Below, piece after piece: positions 29,287 through 39,517 of a stretch of 64,000 nt of DNA. This stretch comes from a bacterium (GTDB taxonomy: Bacteria; UBA8248). The stretch spans positions 36,910-100,909 of the forward strand of contig CBDBZY010000024.1 in the NCBI GenBank assembly GCA_965213685.1, written 5' to 3'. Numbering within the stretch: the stretch's first letter is position 1; each line of letters opens with the position of its first letter. The notes under the pieces were generated by a model. It was not told the DNA's origin. It did no database searches and worked only from the letters and a program-made list of their open reading frames with translations. The position numbers were made by a program, and so were the translations under genes.

Positions 29287-29649
29287 ATGGCGAGAACGAG
29301 GTTCACCGCGAAAAGACGCCGCCCGGGACGCAGGAGCGCTCCCGGTGCCGCCGCCAGTTCCGGAGAAAGCGCCAGGCAGACCGCCGCGCGCCTCAAATCC
29401 TCCGCGAGCGTGGGCAGGAGCGCGGCGGACTATCGGCGCAAGTCGCTGGAGATTCACGGCTGGTTTTGTGCGAAATGCGGCCGGGATTTTGATGAAAACA
29501 ACCTGCACAAACTGACGGTGCATCACCGGGACGGCGACCACAAGAACAATCCGCCGGACGGCAGCAACTGGGAGAACCTGTGCGTGGAATGCCATGAGGA
29601 CGAGCACTCCCGCGACATGCTGGGCCGCTATCTGAGCGATGGCCGCTAA
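29287..29649 (+). CDS. yajD: YajD family HNH nuclease
   Basis: YR..SL...WFCAKCGRDF, LTVHH-D-DHKNNPPDGSNWENLC..CH..EH. Confidence 0.85.
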   Translation: MARTRFTAKRRRPGRRSAPGAAASSGESARQTAARLKSSASVGRSAADYRRKSLEIHGWFCAKCGRDFDENNLHKLTVHHRDGDHKNNPPDGSNWENLCVECHEDEHSRDMLGRYLSDGR

Positions 29650-29676
29650 CCGGTCCCGCCCCGGGCGCCCGTCGCC

Positions 29677-30966
29677 ATGATCCTGTCCGTCAAGCCATCC
29701 ATCGCCAAGGGAACCGCGAGCGTTCCCGGCTCCAAATCCCATTCCATCCGCGCCATCGCGCTCGCATCCCTCGCGGCCGGCAAAAGCGTCATACGCAACC
29801 CCCTGGATTCCGAGGACGGCCGCTCGGCGGCGAGCGTCTACGAAAGTTTCGGCGCGGCGATACGCAAGGGGGCGGAGGTCTGGTCCGTGGAGGGTTTCGG
29901 CGCCCGTCCCAGAGCACCGCGCGGACTCGTCCACGTGGGCAACTCCGGAACCACCTGCCGGATGGCGCTCGGCACCGCCGCGCTCCTGCGGGAGGGGAGC
30001 GCCCGCCTTGACGGCGACGCCCAGACCAGAAAACGGCCGATGGGGCCGCTGCTCGACGCGCTCTCCCGCCTGGGCGCAACCACGGAATCCAGCCGGGGCG
30101 GCTACCTCCCCGCCGGGGTGAGCGGCCCGTGGCGCGGCGGGCGGACGAAGGTGGACGGGACCACCAGCCAGTTCACCTCTTCCTTGTTGCTGAACGCGCC
30201 CTTCGGCGAGGAGGCGAGCGTCATCGAGCCGATCCGTCTCAACGAGCGCCCCTATGTCGAGATGACGCTGTGGTGGCTCGACCGGCTGGGCCTGAAATAT
30301 GAGCGCGACGGATATCGGCGCTTCCTGATTCCGGGGGGACAGGCGCTTTCCGGTTTTGAGGTCGCCGTCCCCGCCGACTGGAGCTCGGCCGCTTTTCTCG
30401 TGGCTGCGGGCGCGCTGCCGGGCGGCGACGTGACGCTCGAGGGGCTGGACCTCGCCGACGCGCAAGGGGACAAGGAGATTCTCCGGTTCGTGGAGGAGAT
30501 GGGCGCGGACGTTCGGGTGACGGAGGCCGGCGTCAGAATCCGCGGAAGGGCGCTGCGCGGCGGGGAATTCGACCTGAACGCCACGCCCGACCTGCTCCCC
30601 GTCATGGCGATACTCGGCGGGTTCTCAGACGGGGAGACCAGGCTCCGCAACGCCCCCCAGGCCCGCATCAAGGAGACCGACAGAATCTCCGCCATGCGCG
30701 AGGTGCTCGAAGGGCTGGGCGGCGAGGCGAGAGAGCTGGCCGATGGCCTCGTCATCCGCGGGGGCGGGCTGCCGGGCGGAGCCGTGCACGGGTTCGGGGA
30801 TCACCGCATCGTCATGGCCGCCGCCGTCGCTGGACTCGCCGCCCCGAGGGGAACATCGGTGGACACGGCCGAGGCGATGGCGATAACCTTCCCCGACTTT
30901 TGCGAGCGCATGGCGGCGCTGGGCGCCGAGGTGAGGACGGGAGACGCGACCGATGCCCATATATGA
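29677..30966 (+). CDS. aroA: 3-phosphoshikimate 1-carboxyvinyltransferase
   Basis: PGSKS, GNSGT, RPM, SQF, RIKETDRI, DHRI. Confidence 0.95.
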   Translation: MILSVKPSIAKGTASVPGSKSHSIRAIALASLAAGKSVIRNPLDSEDGRSAASVYESFGAAIRKGAEVWSVEGFGARPRAPRGLVHVGNSGTTCRMALGTAALLREGSARLDGDAQTRKRPMGPLLDALSRLGATTESSRGGYLPAGVSGPWRGGRTKVDGTTSQFTSSLLLNAPFGEEASVIEPIRLNERPYVEMTLWWLDRLGLKYERDGYRRFLIPGGQALSGFEVAVPADWSSAAFLVAAGALPGGDVTLEGLDLADAQGDKEILRFVEEMGADVRVTEAGVRIRGRALRGGEFDLNATPDLLPVMAILGGFSDGETRLRNAPQARIKETDRISAMREVLEGLGGEARELADGLVIRGGGLPGGAVHGFGDHRIVMAAAVAGLAAPRGTSVDTAEAMAITFPDFCERMAALGAEVRTGDATDAHI

Positions 30967-31285
30967 GTATGAATGCCGGGAATGCGGCTTCATTTCCGGG
31001 CACCTGGTGATGAAGCCGTCGGACAGCGGAAGGCTCGCCTGCCGCGCCTGCGGCAAGAAAACGCTGAAAAAAATCATGTCGCGCTTCGCAGCCCACCAGA
31101 CCGAAGCGCAGCGCCTCGATGGATTCGACCCGTCGAAGCCGCAGGATGCGTCTTTCTACAAAGACGACCGCAACATCGGGCTTTGGGCGCAAAAGCGCGC
31201 CCGGCAGCTGGGCGTCGACCTGGGCGATTCGTTTGGCGAAGTCCTCGAGAAGGGCCGCTCCAAGAAAATTCTCGATAATCTTTGA
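30953..31285 (+). CDS. FmdB family zinc-ribbon protein
   Basis: MPIYEYECRECG...CRACG...KIMSRF. Confidence 0.88.
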   Translation: MPIYEYECRECGFISGHLVMKPSDSGRLACRACGKKTLKKIMSRFAAHQTEAQRLDGFDPSKPQDASFYKDDRNIGLWAQKRARQLGVDLGDSFGEVLEKGRSKKILDNL

Positions 31286-31294
31286 GAGGTCATC

Positions 31295-31975
31295 GTGCCT
31301 GCCGAAACGACGTTGAGCGAGGCCCTCCGCGCCGAGGCGGGGCCGCTTTGGCGAAGAATCCACGCGCACCCCTTTGTGCGCGGCATCGGGGACGGCACGC
31401 TGCCGCTGGAGCCGTTTCGCTTCTACATGCGCCAGGACTACGTGTTTCTGAAGGAATACAGCCGCGTCATCGCCGCCGCCGTCGGGAAGGCGCCGCGCCT
31501 CGAGGAGATGGGGCGCCTGGCCGACCTGCTGCACGCCACGCTGAACGCCGAGATGGCGCTCCACCGCGCGTTCGCCGCGAAATTCGGCATCTCGGCCGAG
31601 GAGATCGAGGCGACGAGCCCCGCGCCGACGTGCAAGGCCTACACCAATTTTCTGCTGGAGGCGGCCCATTCCGGCACGTTCGGAGAAATCGCCGCCGCCA
31701 TGCTCCCCTGCCAGTGGGATTACGCCCTCATCGGCCAGGAGCTCGCCGCCAGGGGCGTCCCGGAAAACGCGCCCCTTCACGCCGAGTGGATAGAAACCTA
31801 TGCGTCGGATGCGTTCGCCCAGCTGGCCGGCTGGCTGCGGGAGATGCTCGACGCGGCCGCATCGACGGCGGCCGCGGCCGAGCGGGAGCGCATGCGCGCG
31901 CACTTCCTGATGGGCACGAGATACGAATACCTCTTCTGGGAGATGAGCTGGAACCTCGAAGAGTGGCCCCTGTAG
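31295..31975 (+). CDS. tenA: Thiaminase II / TenA family protein
   Basis: HPFV, FYMRQDYVFL, PCQWDY (catalytic Cys), WIETY, EYLFWEM. Confidence 0.92.
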   Translation: MPAETTLSEALRAEAGPLWRRIHAHPFVRGIGDGTLPLEPFRFYMRQDYVFLKEYSRVIAAAVGKAPRLEEMGRLADLLHATLNAEMALHRAFAAKFGISAEEIEATSPAPTCKAYTNFLLEAAHSGTFGEIAAAMLPCQWDYALIGQELAARGVPENAPLHAEWIETYASDAFAQLAGWLREMLDAAASTAAAAERERMRAHFLMGTRYEYLFWEMSWNLEEWPL

Positions 31976-31997
31976 CCCCCCCTCCACGGGAGAGTCC

Positions 31998-32528
31998 ATG
32001 TCTCCGGAAACGCGAAAGGACGTCCCCCCTCCCCGAAGGTGCGCATGGGCGGAGGGCGATCCGCTCATGGAGGCGTACCATGACGAGGAATGGGGATTTC
32101 CCCTCGACACGGATCGGGCGCATTTCGAGCAGCTGACGCTCGAAATCTTTCAGGCGGGCCTCTCCTGGCGCACCATCCTGCACAAGCGCGCGGAATTCCG
32201 GAAGGAATTCTCGCTGTTCTCTCCCCGGAAGGTCGCCCGCTTCGCCGAGAAGGACATCGCCCGCATTCTGGCCAACCCGGGCGTCGTGCGAAACCGCAAG
32301 AAAATCGAGGCGACCATCGAGAACGCCGGAAGGTTTGTGGCCATCGAGAAGACGTACGGATCGTTCATCCGCTATCTCGCCTCCCTGCCCGATGACCTGT
32401 CATCCTTGCAAAAGATATTTCGGGAGGCGTTCGCATTCATGGGCCCCAAAATCGCCGAAGCCTACCTGCAGAGCGTGGGCAAGATACCCGCACCCCACGA
32501 CCCGCACTGCTGGCGGGCGCGCGAATGA
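31998..32528 (+). CDS. tag: DNA-3-methyladenine glycosylase I
   Basis: RCAWA, YHDEEWG, LEIFQAGLSW, RNRKKI, HDPHC. Confidence 0.92.
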   Translation: MSPETRKDVPPPRRCAWAEGDPLMEAYHDEEWGFPLDTDRAHFEQLTLEIFQAGLSWRTILHKRAEFRKEFSLFSPRKVARFAEKDIARILANPGVVRNRKKIEATIENAGRFVAIEKTYGSFIRYLASLPDDLSSLQKIFREAFAFMGPKIAEAYLQSVGKIPAPHDPHCWRARE

Positions 32529-32557
32529 GGCCGAACGCGCACCGCCCCGATGCGTTT

Positions 32558-33184
32558 CTATCGTTCCCGCTCGGGAGGCTCCCTGCCTGATCCGGCACCG
32601 GCGGGGCCGCTCTCCTTTGTCGAGTCGTCCGTGAAATACCCGGGGCCCTCCTGCGCGTCCCGCAAGCCAGCCGCGCCGCGGCCGATTTTCTCCTGGACGG
32701 ACGCTGCCCTTTCCGAAACATCCATCTCCCGGAAATAAGCGGCCATCTGCCGCATATACGGAAGGATTCTGTCCGACTTCGCCTCCGGCAGAGACCCCGG
32801 CGCATACGCCTCCAGCCCCCACACGACGGCGGCGACGCCGAACGCGCCCTTGACGCACCCGATGAGCCCGCCGCCGAATCTCGACAAAAACCCGGGCTTC
32901 GTACCCGAGAAGAACCGAAAAGCCATGCGGAAGAAGAGCGTGGCGAGCATCCAGGTCGCGAGGAAAACCAGCGGGCCGGCGATGGGGGAGAGCCAGGCCG
33001 TCTCACCCATCAGGGTGGAGAAGTGGTCGCGCGCGACGGGTGCGAATTCCAAGGCGGTGAACGCCGCGATCCCGAGTGCGGCGAGGGAGAACACCTCCTG
33101 CAGGAAACCGCGCAGATAACTGCGGATGAAGAACACCGCGACGATGAAGACGATGCCCATATCGGGGATGGTGAAGGAAATCAT
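32558..33184 (-). CDS. CvpA family membrane protein
   Basis: RGFLQEVFSL, LSRFGGGLIGCVKG, four TM helices. Confidence 0.85.
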   Translation of the reverse strand: MISFTIPDMGIVFIVAVFFIRSYLRGFLQEVFSLAALGIAAFTALEFAPVARDHFSTLMGETAWLSPIAGPLVFLATWMLATLFFRMAFRFFSGTKPGFLSRFGGGLIGCVKGAFGVAAVVWGLEAYAPGSLPEAKSDRILPYMRQMAAYFREMDVSERAASVQEKIGRGAAGLRDAQEGPGYFTDDSTKESGPAGAGSGREPPERER

Positions 33185-33280
33185 GAATCCTGCCTTCCCG
33201 TCCAGGGCGGATCGTGGGGAGAGGTGAGGAGTATACAGCACAAGCTGCGCAAGCACAAAGGGTGCGGGCGGGGCGCTGGC

Positions 33281-33754
33281 TCAAATTCTCTCTTTCCACA
33301 TCACCAGGGCGTCTTCGCGATTGTCCGGATAATAGCGCGGACGCATGGCCGCCGCGGTGAATCCGCATTTCTCATACAGCAATATGGCGGCCGCGTTGCT
33401 GACGCGCACCTCCAGCGTGGCGCGAACGATGCCGTCCTCCCTGGCGTCTTCGAGAATGCGCCGCAGCAAAATCGCGCCGACGCCCCTTCGCCTGCAGGCG
33501 GGCGCCACCGCAAAATTCGTGATGTGGCACTCATCCGCCACCGCCCACCAGCAGGCGTAACCCGCGACCTTGCCGCGCGAGGAGGCGGGCGCCCGAACGC
33601 ACCCCTCCCCTTGCGTCGCAACGAGGAGGCGAGAGCTGCCGACCTCGCGCATCTCGCGCAAAAAATTCTCCCTGCTCCACGGGAGCGGGAAGGAGCGACG
33701 CTCGATCTCCAGCACCTCGTCGAGGTCGTCCTCCCGCATGGGCCTTGTCTTCAT
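33281..33754 (-). CDS. rimI: Ribosomal protein alanine N-acetyltransferase
   Basis: IERRSFPLPWS, ITNFAV, LEVRVSN, RPRYYPDNREDALVM. Confidence 0.92.
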   Translation of the reverse strand: MKTRPMREDDLDEVLEIERRSFPLPWSRENFLREMREVGSSRLLVATQGEGCVRAPASSRGKVAGYACWWAVADECHITNFAVAPACRRRGVGAILLRRILEDAREDGIVRATLEVRVSNAAAILLYEKCGFTAAAMRPRYYPDNREDALVMWKERI

Positions 33755-33957
33755 GGCTCATCTCCCGCGCGCCGGCCCCCCTGCTCCCCGCCAGCCCGAA
33801 CCTCCACAAACTCTTTCACCGGGAGGGTTTTGGGACTATAATGCGGCAAATGCAAACGTCCGACTCTTCGTCAGCGGAATATCCGCCATCGTCGCCGCGA
33901 GCGCATGGCGATTGCGGCTGAGAGAAAACTCCATCAAACACCCGGGAGGAGGAAATC

Positions 33958-34669
33958 ATGGGAGCGAGTTTTGACGTATCTGGGACATTCCAGCTTCATC
34001 GGGCGATCCGGCGGGGGCAAGACGTTCTACATCGACCCCTGGCTCGAGGGAAATCCGCGCTGCCCCGAAGATCGGCAAAGCCCGCAGAAGGCCGACCTCA
34101 TCGCCCTCACCCACGGCCATTTCGACCACATCGCCGGCGTCATGGACGTCTATGGGCAGGGCGGGTGCCCGGTCGCCGGCCCCTATGAGCTGGTGAACCT
34201 CATCGCCCAGGCCGAGGGCTTCGCCGAGGAGCACGCCGGTGCCATGGGCAAGGGGGGAACGGTGGACTTTGACGGAATCAGCGTCACCCTCACCCACGCC
34301 ATGCACAGCTCCAGCTACAACGACCCGGGCGTCTACGCAGGCGAGCCCGCGGGACTCGTGCTGACGTTCGAGGACGGCAAAAGGCTCTACCACGCGGGGG
34401 ACACCGCCGTCTTCGGCGACATGAAGATCATCGGCGAGCTCTACGCACCCGACCTGTGCCTCCTGCCCATCGGCAGCCGGTTCACGATGGACCCGCGCGA
34501 GGCGGCCCTCGCCGTCGAGCTTCTGGGCACCGGGCGGGTCGTGCCCATCCACCATTCCACCTTCCCGCCGCTCACGGGCACGCCGGAGCAGTTTCGGGAG
34601 GAGGTCGCCAAGCGCGGGCTGAAGCCTGAGATCATCGTGATGGAGCCGGGGGAATCCATCGAGGTGTAG
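33958..34669 (+). CDS. UPF0173 MBL-fold metal-dependent hydrolase (frameshift in the first codons)
   Basis: GGAGG plus ATG at 33958 is one base out of frame with LTYLGHSSF, IDPW, THGHFDH, HAGDT and LLPIG. Confidence 0.85.
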
Positions 34670-34737
34670 CGTCTCCGGGCGCGACCCCCGGGACGCCGCC
34701 AGACCATGAAAAATCGCCCAATGAAAGGAAGACGCGC

Positions 34738-36509
34738 ATGAGCGAAGCCCCTGAGGTACACGCACGCACCGAGGATCGCGACGGGATGCGAATCACCTGG
34801 CACCAGCCGATCGAGATGGACGACGGGCTCGTGCTTCGCGCCGACGTGTTCCGGCCCGTCGAGGAGGGCCGGTATCCCGTCATCCTGACCTATGGCATCT
34901 ACGGGAAGGGGGTGGCCTACCAGGAGGGCTATCATCACCAGTGGAACAAGATGGTGGCGGACCATCCGGAGATACTGGAGATGTCCACCAACAAATACCA
35001 GAACTGGGAGGTGACGGACCCGGAATGCTGGATTCCGCACGGCTACGTCTGCATTCGCGTGGACTCGCGCGGGGCGGGCTGGTCTCCCGGCTTCATGGAG
35101 CCCAACTCCCCGCGGGAGATCGACGACCTCTACCAGTGCATCGAATGGGCGGGCGTCCAGGAGTGGAGCAACGGCAAGGTGGGCATGCTGGGAATCTCCT
35201 ACTACGCCCGCAACCAGTGGCGCGTCGCGGGCCGCAAGCCCCCGCACCTCACCGCCATCATCCCCCTGGGAGGGGGGGAACGACACCTATCGGGATTCCG
35301 GCTACCACGGCGGCATCCTGAGCCAGTTCACCGAGCAGTGGTCGAAGATACAGGTGATGAACGTTCAATACGGGCGGGGGGAGAATGCGAGAACGCACCC
35401 CGTGACGGGCGAATCCACCGCCGGCCCCGTCACGCTATCGGAGGAGGAACTCGCGGCGAACCGCGTCAACGCCTTCGAGGAGCTCAAGAAACATCCCTTC
35501 GACGGCCCGTGGCATCGGGATCGCTCCGCCGACCTCTCGAAGGTGGCGCTGCCGCTTCTGACCTGCGCCAACTGGGGCGGCCAGGGCATTCATCCGCGCG
35601 GAAACTTCAACGGCTACATCGAGTCGCCCTCCGAGCAGAAATGGCTCGAGGCGCACGGCGACTCCCACTGGTCGCTGTTCTCGAGTGCCTACGGCCTGGA
35701 TCTGCAGAAGCGCTTTTTCGATCATTTCCTCAAAGGCGCGGACAACGGCTGGGAGAAAACGCCGCGCGTGATGCTCAACATCCGCCATCCGGGGCCGAAA
35801 TTCGTCCATCGCTACGAGAATGAATGGCCCCTCGCACGCACGCAGTGGACGAAGTTCTATCTCGACCTCGAGAACGAGGCCCTCTGCCGGGAGCCCGTCG
35901 CGCAGGAGGCGCGCCTGGAATACGAGGGCATGGGCGACGGCGTGACGTTCTGGATGCCTCCGATGGCGGAGGACACCGAAATCACGGGCCCCATGGCCGC
36001 CAAGCTGTTCGTCTCCTCATCCACCGAGGACGCCGACCTCTTCCTCATCGTCCGCGTGTTCGACCCCAGCGGGAAGGAGCTCACCTTCATGGGCTCCACC
36101 GATCCGCACACGCCGATCGCCAACGGCTGGCTGCGGGCGTCGCACCGCGCCCTGGACCCGGAGAAGAGCACCGTCTACCGCCCCTATCATCCCCACGACA
36201 GGGCCTGCCCGCTCGCGCCGGGCGAGGCGTATGAATGCGACGTGGAGATTGTGACCTCCTGCATCGTCGTCCCCGCCGGCTGGCGGGTCGCGCTCACCGT
36301 TCGCGGGAAAGACTACGAATACACAGGGGAGATCAGCGAGTTCGGCAAACAGTTCCACTATTCCACCAGGGGCACGGGGGGCATGACGCACAACGACCCC
36401 CGACGACCGGCCGGCCGCCATCTTCGACAACAAGGTCGCCCTGCACGCCGGCGGCGGGCGGGATCCCTACCTGCTCCTGCCCATCATTCCGCCCGGGGAG
36501 GGCGCATAG
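34738..36509 (+). CDS. CocE/NonD family serine hydrolase, two frameshifts (about 35270 and 36400)
   Basis: LRADVFRP, DSRGAG, GISYY nucleophile, EITGP, GWLRASHR and C-terminal YLLLPII. Both breaks fall in G/C runs. Confidence 0.85.
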
Positions 36510-36518
36510 GCATTCCGT

Positions 36519-37289
36519 TCACCCGACGGCGCCGCGGCCTCCGTCCACCACGATGTGCTGACCGGTGAGATAGTCGGAGGCGGAGGAGCACAGGAAGAGC
36601 GCGGCCCCCGCCACATCCTCAAGGCGCCCCCGCTCGTCCGGCGGGCGTGCGCGCGACGCTCGCCTTCATCTTCCCCGGGTCCGCGAACAACCCCCTCGTC
36701 ATCGGCGTGCGCGTGAGTTGCGGCCCCAGGGCGTTCACCTGAATCCCGTGCGGTGCCCACTCGAGGGCGAGGGCGCGCGTGAGGGAGACGACGGCGCCTT
36801 TCGTGGCGATATACGCGGCCTGGTTCGGCACCGCGCGCTCGGCCACCATGGAGGTGAGGAAAAGGATTTTCCCCGCCGCCGCCCCGGGGGATCATCGCCC
36901 GCGCGGCCTCCTGGGCGCACAGGAAGGCCCCGCGCACGTTGGACGCCAGGAGCGCGTCCACATCCTCCGGGGCGTGTTCGAGGGCGGGCTTCACGATGTT
37001 GATCGCCGCGCTGTTCACCAGGGCGTGCAGCCCCCCGCAGCGGGCCGTCACCCCATCTCACGAGGGCAGAGACCGATTTCGGGTCCGCGACGTCGCAAGG
37101 GTGGAAGCGCGCGTCCGGGCCGTTCGACCGAAAGGCTTCGAGTGCCGCGCCGCCGCGCTCCCGGGAGCGTCCGGCGAGAACGACGCGCGCGCCGGCGTCC
37201 GCGAGTGCCTCGCCTATCGCCAGGCCGATTCCCGACGTGCCGCCCGTGACGAGGGCGACGCGGCCATCCATGCGGAATGACGCCATCAC
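36519..37289 (-). CDS. SDR family oxidoreductase, several frameshifts
   Basis: VTGGTSGIG, LVNSAA, YIATK, VNALGP and VDGG are spread over three reading frames. Confidence 0.78.
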
Positions 37290-37314
37290 CGCCTCCCCTC
37301 CCGAACGCGGCTGC

Positions 37315-38124
37315 TCACAGCCGCGCCCGGAGGTATTCCATCGTCCTGGTCGCCGCCGTCTCGAAATCGGGCTTCTGGGCGAGCTGGGCGGAGAGATAGC
37401 CGGAATAGCCCACCTCCCGGAGTGCGGCGATGATCTCTTCGAACGGGATGTGGCCCGAACCCGGATAGGTGCGCATGTTGTCGGCGACGTGGAAATAATC
37501 GATTCTCCCCCCCGCCTCGCGAATCGACCCCGCGAACGAGGCGTCCTCGATGTTCATGTGGAAGCTGTCGATCAAAAAACCCACCGCCTCGTGGTTCATC
37601 TCGTCCAGAAACGCCAGTCCCTCCTGGGTGGAGCGCACGAAGTTCGTGTTGAATCGGTGGTGCGGCTCGAACAGCATGCGGATGCCGCACTCGCCCGCCC
37701 TGTCGGCGCCCGCCCGGAGCGCATCCCACATCCAGGTCTCGGAATCCGCTCTCCGGTCTCCCTCCAGAAGGTTTCCCCGGAAGCGGCCGATGTTCACCGG
37801 ACAGCCGATGGCGCCCGCGAAATCAATGTGCCCGAACAGGCGCGCTAGCGCCCGCGCGCGCGCATCCGCGTCCGGATGGCACAGCTCAATCTCGTCCTGA
37901 TACGATATGGGCGCCGTGCCGACGAGGGAGGCCTCCAGCCCCGTGTCCTCGATCGCCCGGCGCAACTCGTCCCCGTCAAGAGCAGCCGCGTCCCGAACCG
38001 CGAGTTCGACTCCGTCAAAGCCCAGGTCTCTCAGGAACGCGAGGTTCTGCCGAAACGCGCCCCGCACCGCGGGCATCAAGGGGGTCGTCACATCCGGCGT
38101 CGCCACCACATAACCGATTTTCAT
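37315..38124 (-). CDS. Sugar phosphate isomerase/epimerase family (xylose isomerase-like TIM barrel)
   Basis: GFDGVEL, FEPHHRF, DSFHMNIE, HVADN-R-YPGSGH. Confidence 0.88.
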   Translation of the reverse strand: MKIGYVVATPDVTTPLMPAVRGAFRQNLAFLRDLGFDGVELAVRDAAALDGDELRRAIEDTGLEASLVGTAPISYQDEIELCHPDADARARALARLFGHIDFAGAIGCPVNIGRFRGNLLEGDRRADSETWMWDALRAGADRAGECGIRMLFEPHHRFNTNFVRSTQEGLAFLDEMNHEAVGFLIDSFHMNIEDASFAGSIREAGGRIDYFHVADNMRTYPGSGHIPFEEIIAALREVGYSGYLSAQLAQKPDFETAATRTMEYLRARL

Positions 38125-38444
38125 TCCGCCCGACTCCTCTCCACTCTCTCCATCACCCCGCCAACACGCCCCTCATCCCCACGCCGGAAACCGGCCCGGC
38201 CGCCGCATCCATCGCCCCCCCTCTTTTATACTCCTTCCTGGGGCCGCCCGTCCCTGTGGCCGCAGACGCCTCGGAGGCGGAGGGACGCGAAACGCAAGCC
38301 CCGCAGGCGAGAACCACTGAGAAACACTATAACCGCAATGCCTGCGTGCGCGAAAGGCGGCGTCCGTTGCCCGAACAACCCGGATTCTGTAGCCTTGGGA
38401 GCGCGTGCGTTTCCACGCAAAACACCACGGAGAGAGGGAGAAGC

Positions 38445-39416
38445 ATGAGAGAAGACCAGCGGCTGCTTCACGGCGCAATCGACACCCACATCCACGCCGC
38501 ACCCAGCCTGTTTCCGCGCGTCTGCGACCACATCGAGTGTGCGCGCGGAGCGGCGGCGGCCGGGATGCGGGGCTTGGTGTTCAAGTTACACCACGGCGAC
38601 ACGACGGGCCGCATCCCCATCGTCCGCGAGGCGGTCGGCGACGCCATCGAAATCTACGGCGGCGTCACGCTCAACAGCCCGGTGGGCGGGTTCAACCCCT
38701 TCGCGGTGGACGCCGCCGTCAGGATGGGGGCGAAGATGGTGTGGATGCCCACCATCAGCGCGCTGAACCATCTCCAGAAGCTGGGGGCGCCCCATTTTCC
38801 GGGCATGAAGCAGGTGCGCGGCGTGCAGCTCAAGGAAGAGGGGCTGACCATCTTCTCGGATGAGGGCCGCAGGAGGATACGCCCCGAGGTGCGCACCATC
38901 TGCCAGCTCATCGCCGATGCGGGCATCTGCCTGAGCACGGGGCATCTGGCCGTCGACGAGGTGCGCGCCCTCATCCCCCTGGCACAGGAGGAGGGGGTGC
39001 GGCACATCATCGTTCAGCACCCCGAATACATCGTGGACGCATCGATAGAGGAGCAGGTGGAATTCGCCGATATGGGGGGGGGGGCCTACATCGAGCATCT
39101 GGCGATTTTCTGCTTCACCCACTGGGGCGCGTATCCGACAAATAAAAAGGCGCCGCCCATATCCGTCAGGGAGCAGGCGAAAATGGTGCGGGCCGTGGGG
39201 CCCGCGCGCACCATTCTCTCCACCGACCTGGGCCAGCTGCACAACGCACCCCCCTGGGAGGGCTTGCGGGTGTTCGTTCAGCTCATGCTGGAGAACGGCG
39301 TCGAGGCACAGGAGATAGAGACGATGCTGCACGAAAACCCGGCCCGGGTGCTGGGCCTCCCCCTCCCGCCGGAGAAGCGGGCGGAGAAACAGGAAGAAGA
39401 CAAAAAACCCGCCTGA
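38445..39416 (+). CDS. Amidohydrolase-superfamily protein (DUF6282-like)
   Basis: IDTHIHAAP, VWMPT, LSTGH, QHP, STDLGQ, NPARVLG. Confidence 0.82.
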   Translation: MREDQRLLHGAIDTHIHAAPSLFPRVCDHIECARGAAAAGMRGLVFKLHHGDTTGRIPIVREAVGDAIEIYGGVTLNSPVGGFNPFAVDAAVRMGAKMVWMPTISALNHLQKLGAPHFPGMKQVRGVQLKEEGLTIFSDEGRRRIRPEVRTICQLIADAGICLSTGHLAVDEVRALIPLAQEEGVRHIIVQHPEYIVDASIEEQVEFADMGGGAYIEHLAIFCFTHWGAYPTNKKAPPISVREQAKMVRAVGPARTILSTDLGQLHNAPPWEGLRVFVQLMLENGVEAQEIETMLHENPARVLGLPLPPEKRAEKQEEDKKPA

Positions 39417-39517
39417 GAGACGATATTTTCCGGACGACAACATGCGGAACCCGACGACGCGCAGCGGGGCGGGGCGTCATGACGGCCGGACAACCCGCTC
39501 CCTCCGGGCGCCGCGCC

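Noticed and set aside
29287-29649. HNH nuclease as a sign of a mobile element or defence system
   Set aside because: It matches the chromosomal YajD family and sits at the head of a housekeeping aroA operon.
31282-31975. TPP riboswitch upstream of tenA
   Set aside because: tenA is internal to an operon with a 9-nt gap and no THI-box motif is visible.
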